Assembly (NCBI GenBank): GCA_963764725.1
Contig: CAVXTM010000016.1
Coordinates: 416,001 to 480,000, forward strand
Length of the DNA stretch: 64,000 nucleotides
Reading direction: 5' to 3'
Origin: an uncultured Gammaproteobacteria bacterium
GTDB taxonomy: Bacteria > Pseudomonadota > Gammaproteobacteria > JACCXJ01
In this document: positions 1 through 10,360 of the stretch, one piece after another
Layout: every line of letters starts with the position of its first letter
Position numbering within the stretch: the stretch's first letter is position 1
Program-made: the position numbers and the translations under genes
Notes under the pieces: generated by a model
Seen by the model: only the letters and a program-made list of their open reading frames with translations
The model's database searches: none
Told to the model about the DNA's origin: nothing

Positions 1-201
1 CGTCGCATCCGTGAGCTCATCGACCGCGTCCGGCCCGCGTGCGAGCTCGAGGTGGACGGCGGCATCCACCCCGCGACGGTGCCCCTAGTGGTCGAGGCGG
101 GGGCGCGAGTGCTGGTGGCTGGCTCCGCCGTCTTCGAGGATCCCGCCGGCGTCCGAGCCGCGATGCAACGCCTCCGGAGGTGCGCATGCAAGTCAGCATG
201 A
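1..201 (+). CDS. rpe: Ribulose-phosphate 3-epimerase, C-terminal part (runs off the window edge)
   Basis: Frame 1 reads [50 protein letters not shown]...KSA*; EVDGGI and VAGSAVF are Rpe motifs. Not in the ORF track. Confidence 0.9.
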   Translation, partial: RRIRELIDRVRPACELEVDGGIHPATVPLVVEAGARVLVAGSAVFEDPAGVRAAMQRLRRCACKSA

Positions 202-326
202 TCGGTTTCGGGCGCATGGGCGCCAACATGGTGCGGCGCTTCATGCGCAGCGGTCACCAGTGCGTACTGCACGATGTCTCGAAGGACGCGGTGCAAGCGC
301 TCGCCCGGGAAGGCGCCGAGGGCGCC
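186..326 (+). pseudogene. gnd: 6-phosphogluconate dehydrogenase N-terminal fragment (about 47 aa)
   Basis: [47 protein letters not shown] closely matches the N-terminus of the gnd at 26806, then similarity stops. Confidence 0.85.
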
Positions 327-447
327 AGAATCGAAACCGTCGTTCATCGAGTCCCGAACACGCTCTGCCGGGCCGGGCGCAGAAGCGCCGGCACCATGTT
401 TTGGAGTAACATGCGGGGAGCGCATCACGCGCCGCGGAGGGTCCCCA

Positions 448-861
448 ATGCTTGTCCACATCAAGGCGTTCGTCGCCGGTTTCGTGTCCACCTTGCTGTT
501 CCACCAGGGCCTGCTGCAGCTATTGTACGTGGGCGGTGCATACCCGCGCGCCGCATGGAACCTGGCACCGGTGCCACCGCTCGGCGTGCCGGCAGTGATT
601 TCGCTGGGGTTCTGGGGTGGTCTCTGGGGAGTCGTCCTGTGGCTGATCGTGCGCAAGCATGCCGGCGCCCAGCGTTGGGGCTGGGCGGCGCTGTGGGGCG
701 CGCTTCTGCCGAGCGCGGTGGCGTTGTTCTTGGTGATGCCGTTGAAGGGAATGCCGGTGGCGGGCGGCTTCGACCCCAAGCTGATCGTCGGTGCGTTGCT
801 GCTCAACGGCGTCTGGGGTCTGGGCGTGGCGCTGCTCATGCGGGTGACCGGCCAGCGCTAA
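448..861 (+). CDS. Small integral membrane protein of unknown function
   Basis: ATG at 448 within ORF 274..861; about 4 hydrophobic segments (FVAGFVSTLLFHQG, FWGGLWGVVLW, GALLLNGVWGLG). Confidence 0.75.
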   Translation: MLVHIKAFVAGFVSTLLFHQGLLQLLYVGGAYPRAAWNLAPVPPLGVPAVISLGFWGGLWGVVLWLIVRKHAGAQRWGWAALWGALLPSAVALFLVMPLKGMPVAGGFDPKLIVGALLLNGVWGLGVALLMRVTGQR

Positions 862-896
862 GGCGCTCCCTCGCGTGGCGCCGGCCGCCAACCTTC

Positions 897-1075
897 GGTA
901 CTAACATCGATCGCAACAATGGCCCGGAGAGTCGCCGACACAGCACGATGAACTCCTGGAACACACCGCGGATCGCCTAGCCATTGTCCTAGCGGAAATC
1001 TTAGAAGTCCGGGATCAATCGGCCCGTTAGCCGCAGTAGCTCGACGTTGCGTCGCGTTTCTCGCTCAAGAGCGTA
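897..1075 (-). mobile_element. Degenerate IS1182-family transposase fragment
   Basis: Minus strand reads LERETRRNVELLRLTGRLIPDF*DFR*DNG*AIRGVFQEFIVLCRRL..AIVAID, matching the IS1182 pattern NVELMWLTGRL.PDFKTIADFRKDNG.AIR.VC..FIVLCR as recalled; it carries stop codons and deletions. Confidence 0.75.
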
Positions 1076-1597
1076 GTAGCGACCGTAGGCGTAGGACTGA
1101 CAAGTTGATATATGCACAGATCCCGCTAGCGCTTGATTCTTTCAAGATTAGGATTTATTTCGTTCAACGACACCGGTGGTTGCCTGCCTTACGAATGCGC
1201 GACAGACTGGAGATCTACCGTGGGATTTGCCAAGCACGGTGAGTATGTGGCCAAGCATACGAGTTAGCGGGAGGCGTTCGGGCAGCTCATCCAAGGCCGA
1301 GGGGAGACGATGCTCTTCCCGCTCCTGCAGGCGGGGAGTCCAGGAGCCGCGAAGCGCTCGCTAAATGTTGATGCTCACTGTGACTTCGGCTATTCAAATA
1401 AACTGAGAGAACCAGATCGCGCTTCCGTTCTCACCGACGACGGGCGTGACGCCGTAGCAATATGGCCTAGCCCCGCGATGCCAGGTATAGTGCGTCCATC
1501 GCTGGTCACGCACTGCCACCGTGTCTTACAGAAAACGAACTGACAAAGACTTGCGGACCACGCCTGGTTTAGCCGTACAGTCACTAGGAGGAAAGAG

Positions 1598-1984
1598 ATG
1601 AATCGAAAGGTTTATGCTTGGAGCTTGGTGCTCGCAGCGTTGGCCCTTCTGATGGGAGGCTGTGCGGCGATGCGGCAGGACGAGGCGAAGAAGACAGACG
1701 ATCTGCTCGCCGCGGCGGGATTCAAGGTGCGGCCGGCCGACACCCCTGAAAAGCTCGCTCATCTCAAGGCCATGCAGCCGCTCAAGCTGTCGATGCGGAC
1801 GAAGGACGGCCGGGTTATCTACAGCTATGCCGATCCCTATGACTGCCAATGTGTCTATGTCGGTGGGCCTGAAGAGTACCAACGCCTTGCCCGGCAACAG
1901 GTGGCAGCTGAGAGGCTATACGCTGCAGAGATGGCGAACGATGAGGCGACGGACTGGGGCATGTGGGGGCCGTACTGGTGGTAA
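1598..1984 (+). CDS. Hypothetical lipoprotein
   Basis: RBS AGGAGG upstream; lipobox-like LMGGC; CxC motif (DCQCVYVG); Trp-rich C-terminus. Confidence 0.8.
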   Translation: MNRKVYAWSLVLAALALLMGGCAAMRQDEAKKTDDLLAAAGFKVRPADTPEKLAHLKAMQPLKLSMRTKDGRVIYSYADPYDCQCVYVGGPEEYQRLARQQVAAERLYAAEMANDEATDWGMWGPYWW

Positions 1985-2049
1985 AACGCCGTTCCTCCGT
2001 CGAAACCACCAGCGCCGGTCGTTCAGTCTTTCGTGCCATCGTCGCCCTC

Positions 2050-2126
2050 CCAGACCCTTGACAAGCCTGGGAACATATGAGGACACTGCCACCTTCACAC
2101 GTAAATACTTTACTGAATCGCTATAC
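2050..2126 (+). repeat. Candidate divergent IS91/ISCR oriIS-like end
   Basis: TTGACA at 2058-2063 and terminal GAATCGCTATAC ending at 2126; the spacing (about 60 nt) is similar to the copies at 33994 and 41121; GC content rises right after it. Internal similarity is weak. Confidence 0.35.
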
Positions 2127-3339
2127 TAGCGTTGCCCGCCCGCGACAGGGGGGGGCCGGACGCATCGCACCCGCGACGGACACTCCGCCTCGCTTCCGCG
2201 CCGATCTCGCCCTGCTCGCGTGCGCGGTGCTCTGGGCGTGCGAGCCATCGAAGCCGCCCGATCCGCCGCCGCCCGAGGTGCTCGTCGTCGAGGTCGCGGC
2301 GCGCGACGTTCCGTTGGTCTCCGAGTGGCTCGGGACCACCGAAGGATTCGTCGATGCCTCCGTTCGCGCGCAGGTGGCGGGCTACCTGATCGCGCGCGAC
2401 TACCAGGAAGGCCAGCTCGTCAGAAAGGGTGACCTGCTGTTTCGCATCGACCCGCGTCCGTTCCAGGCGGCGCTCGATCAGGCGCAGGGACAACTCGCCA
2501 GCGCGCGCGCGACCCTCGAGCGCGAGCATCTCGACGTCGTCCGCTACACGCCGCTCGTCAAGCAGGGCGCCGTCAGCCAGCAGGAGTACGACAACGCGGT
2601 CCAGAACGAGCGCGGCGCGCAGGCGTCGGTGCAGGCGGCGCAGGCCGCGGTCGAGACGGCGAAGATCAATCTGGGTTTCACGGACATCCGCTCGCCCGTC
2701 GACGGCATCGTCGGCGTCGCGCAGGCGCAGCTCGGCGATTTCGTGGGGCCGAGCAATACCGAGCCGCTGACGGCGGTCTCGCAGCTCGACCCGATCCGCG
2801 TGTCCTTCCCGGTGAGCGAGCAGGAATACCTGCACTTCGCGCCGCGCATCCAGGAGGCGCTCCGCGTCGGCCATTTCCGCGAGGGCTCGCTCGAGCTGAT
2901 CCTCGCGGACGGCAACGTCTACCCGCACCGCGGCACCGGCTACCCGGCCGGCCTCGGCGTCGATCCGCGCACCGGCACGATCACGGTGAAGGGCAGGTTC
3001 CCGAATCCGGGATACCTGCTGCGGCCCGGCCAGTACGCGCGCGTGCGCGTCGAGACCGACGTGCGCAAGGGCGCGCTGGTCGTCCCGCAGCGCGCGGTGA
3101 TCGACCTGCAGGGCCGTAAGCAGCTCGCCGTGGTCGGTCCCGACGACAAGGTGGAGGTGCGCAGCGTCGAGCTCGGGCCGACCTCGACTGGCGTCGTCGT
3201 CATCGAAAAGGGCGTGGCCGCGGGCGAGCGCGTGATCGTGGAAGGCACCCAGAAGGTGCAGCCGGGAATGGTCGTCGCGCCCAAGCCGGCGCCGCCCGAG
3301 CCCGCGCCGCCGCCTCCTTCGACCGACGCCGGGACGTAG
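2077..3339 (+). CDS. RND efflux periplasmic adaptor (membrane fusion protein); start uncertain
   Basis: VRAQVAGYL, VRKGDLLFRIDPRPFQA, IRSPVDGIVG, LLRPGQY motifs; lipobox-like LWAC. Confidence 0.92.
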   Translation: MRTLPPSHVNTLLNRYTSVARPRQGGAGRIAPATDTPPRFRADLALLACAVLWACEPSKPPDPPPPEVLVVEVAARDVPLVSEWLGTTEGFVDASVRAQVAGYLIARDYQEGQLVRKGDLLFRIDPRPFQAALDQAQGQLASARATLEREHLDVVRYTPLVKQGAVSQQEYDNAVQNERGAQASVQAAQAAVETAKINLGFTDIRSPVDGIVGVAQAQLGDFVGPSNTEPLTAVSQLDPIRVSFPVSEQEYLHFAPRIQEALRVGHFREGSLELILADGNVYPHRGTGYPAGLGVDPRTGTITVKGRFPNPGYLLRPGQYARVRVETDVRKGALVVPQRAVIDLQGRKQLAVVGPDDKVEVRSVELGPTSTGVVVIEKGVAAGERVIVEGTQKVQPGMVVAPKPAPPEPAPPPPSTDAGT

Positions 3340-3342
3340 CCG

Positions 3343-6300
3343 ATGTCCGCTTTCTTCATCCGCCGGCCGATCGTGGCGATCGTGATCGCGATCTTGATGA
3401 CGCTGATCGGCGCGGTGTCGCTCGTGCAGCTCCCGATCGCGCTCTTTCCCAACATTGCGCCGCCTTCGATCCAGCTGCTCGCGACCTACGTCGGTGCCGA
3501 CGCCCTCACTGTCGAACAGGCGGTGGCGACGCCGATCGAGCAGCAGATCAGCGGGGTCGACGACTCGATCTATTTCTACTCGGTGAACTCGAACGCGGGG
3601 GTGAGCCGGATGTTCGTCAATTTCGACGTGGCCAGCGACCCCAGCATCGACCAGGTCCTGACCCAGATGCGCTACCTGCAGGCCGAGTCGCAGCTGCCGC
3701 CGGAGGTCCGCAACTACGGTGTCACGATCCGCAAGGCCACCACGAGCCCGCTCGCGCTCTTCTCGGTCTACTCGCCGAAGGGGAGCTTCGACTCCACGTT
3801 CCTGGCCAACTACGCCTACATCAACATCAACGACCCGATGACCCGCGTGCCGGGCATCGGCCAGGTGGCGATCTTCGGCGCCGGTCAGTACGCGATGCGC
3901 CTCTGGGTGCGGCCGGACGTGCTGGCCCAGCGCGGCATCACCGTCCCCGAGATCATCAGCGCGATCGAGCAGCAGAACACGGTGAATCCGGCGGGCCAGG
4001 TCGGCGGTGAGCCGGTGCCGGCCGGGCAGGAGTTCACGCACACCGTCCGCACCCAGGGCCGGCTGGTCAGCGAGGAGCAGTTCGGGGACATCGTGGTGCG
4101 GGCGACGGCCGACGGCTCCGTGATCCGCGTGCGCGACGTCGCGCGCGTCGAGCTCGGCGCGCAGAGCTACAACCTGAAGGGCCGCATGAACGGTCAGGAC
4201 TCGGCAATCGTCGCCGTGTACCAGCTCCCCGGCTCGAACGCGATCGACACCGTCAACCGGGCGAAGGCGCTGATGGAGCAGCTGAAGCAGCGCTTCCCCG
4301 CCGATCTCGACTACGCGGTATCGCTCGATACGACGCTCGCGGTGAGAGAGGGCATCCGCGAGATCGTGAAGACCCTGCTCGAGGCGCTCGGCCTCGTGAT
4401 CATCGTGGTCTTCCTGTTCCTGCAGACCTGGCGCGCCACGCTGATCCCGCTGCTCGCCGTGCCCGTCTCACTGGTCGGAACGTTCGCGATTTTCCCCTTG
4501 CTCGGATTCTCGGTCAACACGCTCTCGCTCTTTGGCCTGGTGCTCGCTATCGGCCTGGTGGTCGACGACGCCATCGTCGTGGTGGAGGCCGTCGAGCGCC
4601 ACATCGAGGAAGGACTCTCGCCGCGCGATGCCACGCTGAAGGCGATGTCGGAGGTGTCGGCCCCGGTGATCGCGATCGCGCTGATCCTGGCCGCCGTCTT
4701 CATCCCCACGGCTTTCATCCCGGGCATCACGGGCCGCCTCTACCAGCAATTCGCGGTGACGATCGCGGTCTCGGTGGTGATCTCCGCCTTCAACGCGCTC
4801 ACGCTCTCGCCCGCCCTCGCGGCGCTGCTGCTGCGGCCCCGCACGGCGGCGCGTGGGCCGCTCGGGCGCTTCTTCGGCTGGTTCAACCGGGTCTTCGGCC
4901 GGGCCACCGAGGGCTACGTGAACTGGTGCCACGTCCTGATCCGCAAGTCTGCGCGGGCGATGCTGATGCTCGCGGTGCTGGCGGTGCTGGCGGTGCTGGC
5001 GGGCTCGCGGCTCCCGGGCGGCTTCCTGCCCGAGGAGGACCAGGGCTACCTGTACCTGAACGTCCAGCTTCCCAACGCGGCCTCGCTGCAGCGCACCGAC
5101 GCGGTCTGCCGCCAGATCGAGCAGATCCTGAAGGACACGCCGGGCGTCGAGACCACGACCACGGTCGTGGGCTTCAGCCTGCTCAGCACGGTGTACACCA
5201 CGTACAACGCGTTCTTCTTCGTGACTCTCAAGCCATGGGAGGAGCGCACGGATCCCGACGAGCAGTACGCGGCGATCAAGGCGCACATCGGCCAGCAGCT
5301 CGGGCGGCTGCCGGAGGCGGTCGCGTTCCCGTTCGCGCCGCCATCGATCCCGGGCGTCGGCACGGCCGGCGGCGTGACCTTCATGCTGCAGGACCGTTCC
5401 GGAGGGAGCGTGGAGTTCCTGGCCGAGAACACGCAGCGCTTCATGGAGGCGATCCGGCGGCGCCCCGAGGTGGGCACGGTCAACACCACGCTGCTCGCGA
5501 GCATTCCGCAGGTGCTGGCCGACGTGGACCGCGACAAGGTGCTGAAGCAGGGCGTGGCGCTAGAGGACGTCTACCAGACGCTCCAGGCCTTCATGGGCGG
5601 CGTCTTCATCAACTACTTCAACCGCTTCGGCCGCACCTGGCAGGTGTACGTCGAGGCCGAGGGCGAGTTCCGCACGCGCGCCGAGAACATGGGGCGGTTC
5701 TACGTCTGGAACCAGGAGCACGAGCCGGTGCCGCTCTCGGCGGTGGTCACGACGAGGGAGACCTTCGGACCCGAGTTCACCATCCGCTTCAACGAGTATC
5801 GCTCGGCGCAGATCAACGCGTCGGCGAACCCCGGCTACAGCTCGGCGCAGGTCATGGCGGCGCTCGAGGAGGTCTTCGCGGCCACCATGCCGAAGGAGAT
5901 GGGGTACGAGTACAACGGCATGTCCTTCCAGGAGAAGGTCGCGCAGGAAGGCGTGCCTCCCAGCGTGATCTTCGGGCTCTCGCTGCTCGTGGTGTTCCTG
6001 ATCCTAGCCGCGCAGTACGAGAGCTGGTCGCTGCCGTTCAGCGTGCTGCTCGGCGTGCCGATCGCGGTGTTCGGCGCCTTCGCGGCGCTGCTGCTGCGGG
6101 GGCTCGAGAACGACACCTTCGCGCAGATCGGGCTCGTCATGCTGATCGGGCTCTCGGCCAAGAATGCGATCCTGATCGTCGAGTTCTGCAAGCTCGAATA
6201 CGAGCGCGGCAAGAGCCTCGTGGACGCCGCGCTGGCGGGTGCGCGGCTGCGGCTTCGCCCGATCCTGATGACCGCCTTCGCCTTCATCCTCGGCGTCGTG

Positions 6301-6510
6301 CCGCTCGTGCTCGCGACCGGCTCGGGGGCACAGTCGCGCCGCATCATGGGCACGGCCGTGTTCGGCGGCATGCTCGCCGCCTCGCTGATCGCGATCTTCC
6401 TGATCCCGGTCTCGTTCTACGTCGTCGAGCGGCTGTCGCGCCGCGGGCGCGAGCAGCCGCCGCCACCCCCGGCCGCCGCGCCGGCACCGGTCGCCGGAGG
6501 CAAGGAGTGA
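3343..6510 (+). CDS. HAE1-family RND efflux permease (AcrB/MexF-like)
   Basis: 1055 aa; FFIRRPI, GLVVDDAIVVVE, KNAILIVEF, RLRPILMT motifs. Confidence 0.97.
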   Translation: MSAFFIRRPIVAIVIAILMTLIGAVSLVQLPIALFPNIAPPSIQLLATYVGADALTVEQAVATPIEQQISGVDDSIYFYSVNSNAGVSRMFVNFDVASDPSIDQVLTQMRYLQAESQLPPEVRNYGVTIRKATTSPLALFSVYSPKGSFDSTFLANYAYININDPMTRVPGIGQVAIFGAGQYAMRLWVRPDVLAQRGITVPEIISAIEQQNTVNPAGQVGGEPVPAGQEFTHTVRTQGRLVSEEQFGDIVVRATADGSVIRVRDVARVELGAQSYNLKGRMNGQDSAIVAVYQLPGSNAIDTVNRAKALMEQLKQRFPADLDYAVSLDTTLAVREGIREIVKTLLEALGLVIIVVFLFLQTWRATLIPLLAVPVSLVGTFAIFPLLGFSVNTLSLFGLVLAIGLVVDDAIVVVEAVERHIEEGLSPRDATLKAMSEVSAPVIAIALILAAVFIPTAFIPGITGRLYQQFAVTIAVSVVISAFNALTLSPALAALLLRPRTAARGPLGRFFGWFNRVFGRATEGYVNWCHVLIRKSARAMLMLAVLAVLAVLAGSRLPGGFLPEEDQGYLYLNVQLPNAASLQRTDAVCRQIEQILKDTPGVETTTTVVGFSLLSTVYTTYNAFFFVTLKPWEERTDPDEQYAAIKAHIGQQLGRLPEAVAFPFAPPSIPGVGTAGGVTFMLQDRSGGSVEFLAENTQRFMEAIRRRPEVGTVNTTLLASIPQVLADVDRDKVLKQGVALEDVYQTLQAFMGGVFINYFNRFGRTWQVYVEAEGEFRTRAENMGRFYVWNQEHEPVPLSAVVTTRETFGPEFTIRFNEYRSAQINASANPGYSSAQVMAALEEVFAATMPKEMGYEYNGMSFQEKVAQEGVPPSVIFGLSLLVVFLILAAQYESWSLPFSVLLGVPIAVFGAFAALLLRGLENDTFAQIGLVMLIGLSAKNAILIVEFCKLEYERGKSLVDAALAGARLRLRPILMTAFAFILGVVPLVLATGSGAQSRRIMGTAVFGGMLAASLIAIFLIPVSFYVVERLSRRGREQPPPPPAAAPAPVAGGKE

Positions 6511-7931
6511 GTCCGGGGCGGGCCGCTTCGGCGGCGCTCGTCATCTCGGCGCTCGGGTGTGCGGTCGGGCCGGATTACCGACGCCCGGAGCTCCCGACGC
6601 CGCCGAGCTTTCGCGAGACCGCGGAAGAGCAGGCGTCGATCGCGGACCTGCCCTGGTGGGAGGTCTTCCACGACGACGTGCTGCAGGAGTTGATCCGCGG
6701 CGCGCTCGCGAGCAACCGCGACCTCATGACCGCGGTCGCGAACGTCGAGCAGGCGCGCGACGCCGCCGCGGTCCAGCGCGGCCAGCTCTTCCCGCAGGCG
6801 GGCTACGAAGGCAATGTCGCCCGGGGCAAGAACATCATCCTGGGCACGCCTGCGGCGGTTCCGGATCCCGAGAACGTGTTCTTCGGCGCGCTCAACGCCG
6901 CCTGGGAGATAGACATCTGGGGCCGCATCCGCCGCGCGACCGAGTCCGCGCGCGCCCAGATGCTCGCGAGCGACGCGGTGCGGCGCGGCGTCGTGCTCTC
7001 GCTCGTGACCGGCGTCGCGCAGGCGTACCTCGAGCTGCGCGAGCTCGACCTCGAGCTCGAGATCTCGAACCGCAACGTGCAGTCGTTCCAGGAGACCTAC
7101 GAGCTCTTCGAGCGGCAGTACCGGGGCGGCGTCGCCTCGATCCTCGACCCGCTGCGCGGCGAGGCCGCACTCGCCCAGGTCGCCTCCACGGTGGCGGACA
7201 CCGAGCTGCGCATCCTGGTGAAGGAGAACGCGCTCTCGGTGCTGCTCGGCCGTCCGGCGGGCGAGATCCCGCGCGGCGCGGCGCTCGTCGACCAGTCGCT
7301 GCCGCCCGACGCGCCGGCCGGCGTGCCCTCGCTGCTGCTCGAGCGGCGCCCCGACCTGATCGAGGCCGAGCAGACCCTGATCGCCGCCAACGCACAGATC
7401 GGCGTGGCCTTCGCCCAGTTCTTCCCGCAGATCGGGCTCACGGCGCTGCGCGGCGCCCTGAGCCCCGAGCTATCGGATTTCCTGAAGCCTGGCGCCGCCG
7501 CGTGGTCGTACGGCGCCCAGCTCACCGGACCGCTCTGGACTTGGGGGCAGACCTGGTACGCGTGGGAGGCCGCCAAGGCCGCCGATCAGGCCTCGATCTA
7601 CGAGTACCAGCAGTCGGTGCTCGTGGCGCTTGCAGACGTCTCGAACGCGCTCACCGCACGCCAGAAGGTCGCGCTCCAGCGCGAGCAACTCCAGCGGCAG
7701 GTGAACGCCCTGACCGAGTCGGTGCGCGTCGCGAAGATCCGCTACCTCGGCGGGCTCGTGACCTACCTCGAGGTGCTGAACGCACAGCAGCAGCTCTTCC
7801 CCGCCGAGCTCGCGCTCGCGCAGGCGCAGCTCGACGAGCGGCTGGCGGTCGTGGCGCTCTACCGAGCGCTCGGCGGGGGCTGGAACCAATACGAGGGGCC
7901 GCCCCAGATTCCGCGGCCGTTCGTACCGTGA
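6507..7931 (+). CDS. Efflux outer membrane factor lipoprotein (NodT/OprM family)
   Basis: GTG start overlaps the permease stop; ALGCAVGPDY lipobox, WEIDIWGRIRR, LLERRPD, LYRALGGGW. Confidence 0.95.
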   Translation: MSPGRAASAALVISALGCAVGPDYRRPELPTPPSFRETAEEQASIADLPWWEVFHDDVLQELIRGALASNRDLMTAVANVEQARDAAAVQRGQLFPQAGYEGNVARGKNIILGTPAAVPDPENVFFGALNAAWEIDIWGRIRRATESARAQMLASDAVRRGVVLSLVTGVAQAYLELRELDLELEISNRNVQSFQETYELFERQYRGGVASILDPLRGEAALAQVASTVADTELRILVKENALSVLLGRPAGEIPRGAALVDQSLPPDAPAGVPSLLLERRPDLIEAEQTLIAANAQIGVAFAQFFPQIGLTALRGALSPELSDFLKPGAAAWSYGAQLTGPLWTWGQTWYAWEAAKAADQASIYEYQQSVLVALADVSNALTARQKVALQREQLQRQVNALTESVRVAKIRYLGGLVTYLEVLNAQQQLFPAELALAQAQLDERLAVVALYRALGGGWNQYEGPPQIPRPFVP

Positions 7932-7984
7932 GAGCGATGTCGAGGTCTGGATGGCCTGTTTTGCGTCCGGAGCGCAGGCAAGTT

Positions 7985-8174
7985 TTCGCCTCAGTTCCGC
8001 CGCCACCGCACGAACGCCTCCGGGTCGTGCAAGCCTGATCGAGGTCGTGAGCAGGTGAGCGATCAGGACAAATAGCTCCTTCATGGCCACCTACACTACC
8101 ACTCAGTAACCCGCTTGCAAGACTGCACGTGAGGGATGACTTATGGCACTATCAGCAATTCGCCTATTACAGGG
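7985..8174 (-). mobile_element. Left-end remnant of an integrase-core-domain IS with truncated transposase N-terminus
   Basis: MKELFVLIAHLLTTSIRLARPGGVRAVAAE resembles the N-terminus of integrase-core transposases (by recall); candidate terminus CCCTGTAATAGGCGAATT at 8174-8157. Confidence 0.55.
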
Positions 8175-8242
8175 TGCCAGGGCGCTTTCCGGATCATGGT
8201 CGGTCAGATAGGTCATCCCCTGCTGCTCAGTACCGTCGGAAT

Positions 8243-9772
8243 TCAGACGTGCGGCACATCGAAAAGCTGGCGGATCCGAGCCAGGAGGCGAGAGACCGAT
8301 CCGAGCTCCGTGCCTTGGCTCTCCCCGCCGACCGACGCCTCGGACCCGCGGCGACGCGATAGCGTCACGCTGATCTCGTCGGCGATGCTCGGTCGATCGT
8401 GCATGAGCTTGGCCAGCGCCGCCTGGCCGACCTCGTACCCCACGACGCGCGTCAGGGCGCGCAAGGTTCCCGCCTCGCCGGCGCCGGTGAACAGGCCGCT
8501 CTCGCCGAAATAGTCGCCAGGCGCCAGCCGGGTAATCTCGACGTCCTGGTCATGCTCGCGGCGTGACACGCCGACCACGCCGCTGCGGATCACCATGAGT
8601 GAATCGAGCCTCGCGCCCTGTTCCGCCAGCACCTCGTCCTTGTGGTAGGCCTTGCGCGTCATGGTCGCGGCGAGGGCCGCCTTCTCCTCTTCGGTCAAGG
8701 AGGCGAACAGGGGCAGGGCGTCCAGCAACCGCAACGCCGTCGGCCGCGGCGCCGGTGCAGGCGCTGCCGCGGGTTGGCCGACGAACGCGACCCGGGCCTC
8801 CTTGGGTTGGGCGAGCGCCAGCTCGGCTGCCTTGGCGTGGCGGTAGATCAGGTCATACACCTCATGCTTGGCCGCCGACGCCGTCGAAAAATCCCTTACG
8901 CGGAACGACAGCTCGAACTCGATCGCCTGCGCGTCCATCGACTTGATCGCCACTTCGGGGGTGGGATCGGGCAGAATGGAATTGCTGTTGAGAAGCACCG
9001 TGTGCATGACATCCGAAATGGCCGACGGCGCCTTCGTCGGTGCCATGCGGATGGTGAGCGTCACCCCATGAGTACGGTTGGGGCTACTGAGGTTGGTGAG
9101 CTGCGCCTTCGCCAGGACGCTATTGGGCAGCACCACGAGATCATTCGATCCATTGAGAAGATGGGTCGCGCGCCAGTGGGTCTCGACCACGCGTCCTTCG
9201 ATGCCGCCGCCCAACACGATCCAGTCGCCGACTTCGTAAGCCTTGCTGAGATTGAGCGCGATGCCGGAGAAAACGTCGGCGAGCGTGCTTTGCAGCGCGA
9301 GGCCGAGGATGATGGCGAATACGCCCGAGGTGGCGATCAGGGTACCGATCGGCGCCCCGAACACGTAGGCGACGACCGACAGGACGGCACCCAGGTAGAT
9401 GACGCCGACGACGAGGTCCTGGATCAGGCGGCCCTCGCGGGGCCGCCGCTCGAAGATCAGGAAGATGCGGGTGAAGCCCGTCAGCACCCAAGCCGCGTTG
9501 AGCCACCAGACGACCTTCGCGAGGGCGACGAAGACGCGCTGGAACGCCGGGCTGGTGTCGGACGTGATCTCGTAGGGAACGATGCCGTGCTGGTGCAACA
9601 GGGCGGTCAGCGCCAGGAAGAACGCGAGCTGGAAGACCAGGCGCCTGGCGGGATAGCGGCGCAGCAGAATGTGGGTGATCACGGCACCCATCACGGCAAG
9701 CACGCCGGTCTGCACGAACGGATCGCCAACGACGCGGGACAAGGTCAGATCGTCCATCACGGCAGCCCGCAA
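8243..9772 (-). CDS. MscS-family mechanosensitive channel with C-terminal cyclic-nucleotide-binding domain (bCNG-like)
   Basis: GLALQSTLADVFSGI and VGDWI..GIEGRVVE MscS motifs; C-terminal LAPGDYFGE cNMP-binding motif. Confidence 0.93.
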   Translation of the reverse strand: MRAAVMDDLTLSRVVGDPFVQTGVLAVMGAVITHILLRRYPARRLVFQLAFFLALTALLHQHGIVPYEITSDTSPAFQRVFVALAKVVWWLNAAWVLTGFTRIFLIFERRPREGRLIQDLVVGVIYLGAVLSVVAYVFGAPIGTLIATSGVFAIILGLALQSTLADVFSGIALNLSKAYEVGDWIVLGGGIEGRVVETHWRATHLLNGSNDLVVLPNSVLAKAQLTNLSSPNRTHGVTLTIRMAPTKAPSAISDVMHTVLLNSNSILPDPTPEVAIKSMDAQAIEFELSFRVRDFSTASAAKHEVYDLIYRHAKAAELALAQPKEARVAFVGQPAAAPAPAPRPTALRLLDALPLFASLTEEEKAALAATMTRKAYHKDEVLAEQGARLDSLMVIRSGVVGVSRREHDQDVEITRLAPGDYFGESGLFTGAGEAGTLRALTRVVGYEVGQAALAKLMHDRPSIADEISVTLSRRRGSEASVGGESQGTELGSVSRLLARIRQLFDVPHV

Positions 9773-9782
9773 GTGCTTGACA

Positions 9783-10025
9783 TCACGGCGCCCCCGGCAG
9801 CCACACGATCATTCCCGGCTGCAGTTCCTCGTCCTTCGGGTCGATCGGATCGAGCCTCAGCAGAAAGCTGTTGAGGTCATGGTCGCCGACGGCGCGCGCG
9901 GCACGCCACGTGGCGAATTCGCCGAGCGGCCGCAGCTCCGTGACTCTCGCGGCGATCCGACGGCCGTCGTCGGTTGTCAGGGTCACATCGCTTCCCACCG
10001 TCAGTCGCCCGAGCGCGTTGCCCAC
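9783..10025 (-). pseudogene. HlyD-family adaptor C-terminal fragment
   Basis: LRPLGEFATWRAARAVGDHDLNSFLLRLDP...LQPGMIVWL; the N-terminal part is absent. Confidence 0.8.
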
Positions 10026-10028
10026 CTT

Positions 10029-10160
10029 TCATTTCACGCCTTCAGCGTTCGGCAGGGCATAGGCGACGACTGCGTCGCCGTACGTCAGGGTCAGACCGGA
10101 ATGTCCGCCAGCGGCGATGACGATGTACTGCCGCCCATCGCGCGCCAATCGGTGTCGGCG
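10029..10160 (-). pseudogene. PQQ-dependent glucose/quinate dehydrogenase C-terminal fragment
   Basis: DGRQYIVIAAGGHSGLTLTYGDAVVAYALP is the typical Gcd-family C-terminus. Confidence 0.8.
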
Positions 10161-10360
10161 TGGCGATTCGCTGTCCGGAAGATGATCGCTCGACAAAGCT
10201 CTTTTCCGCTCGCCGAATCTGGGCGAACACCGTGAACGTTCCGTCGGTTCGGGTCCCAGTGAAGCATCGCCGACGACCACGTACCACGAATGTCGTGAGC
10301 CGCATGCAGCGTTTCAGCCGAAACCGATCGGTCGCCCGGACGAGGCCGGATAGCGCCGGG

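Noticed and set aside
1100-1176. Possible IS terminal sequence (CCGGTGTCGTTGAACGAAAT on the minus strand)
   Set aside because: No partner inverted repeat or linked transposase could be identified.
4926-7931. 1001-aa ORF
   Set aside because: The N-terminal half is an alternative frame of the RND permease; only 6507-7931 is the OMF.
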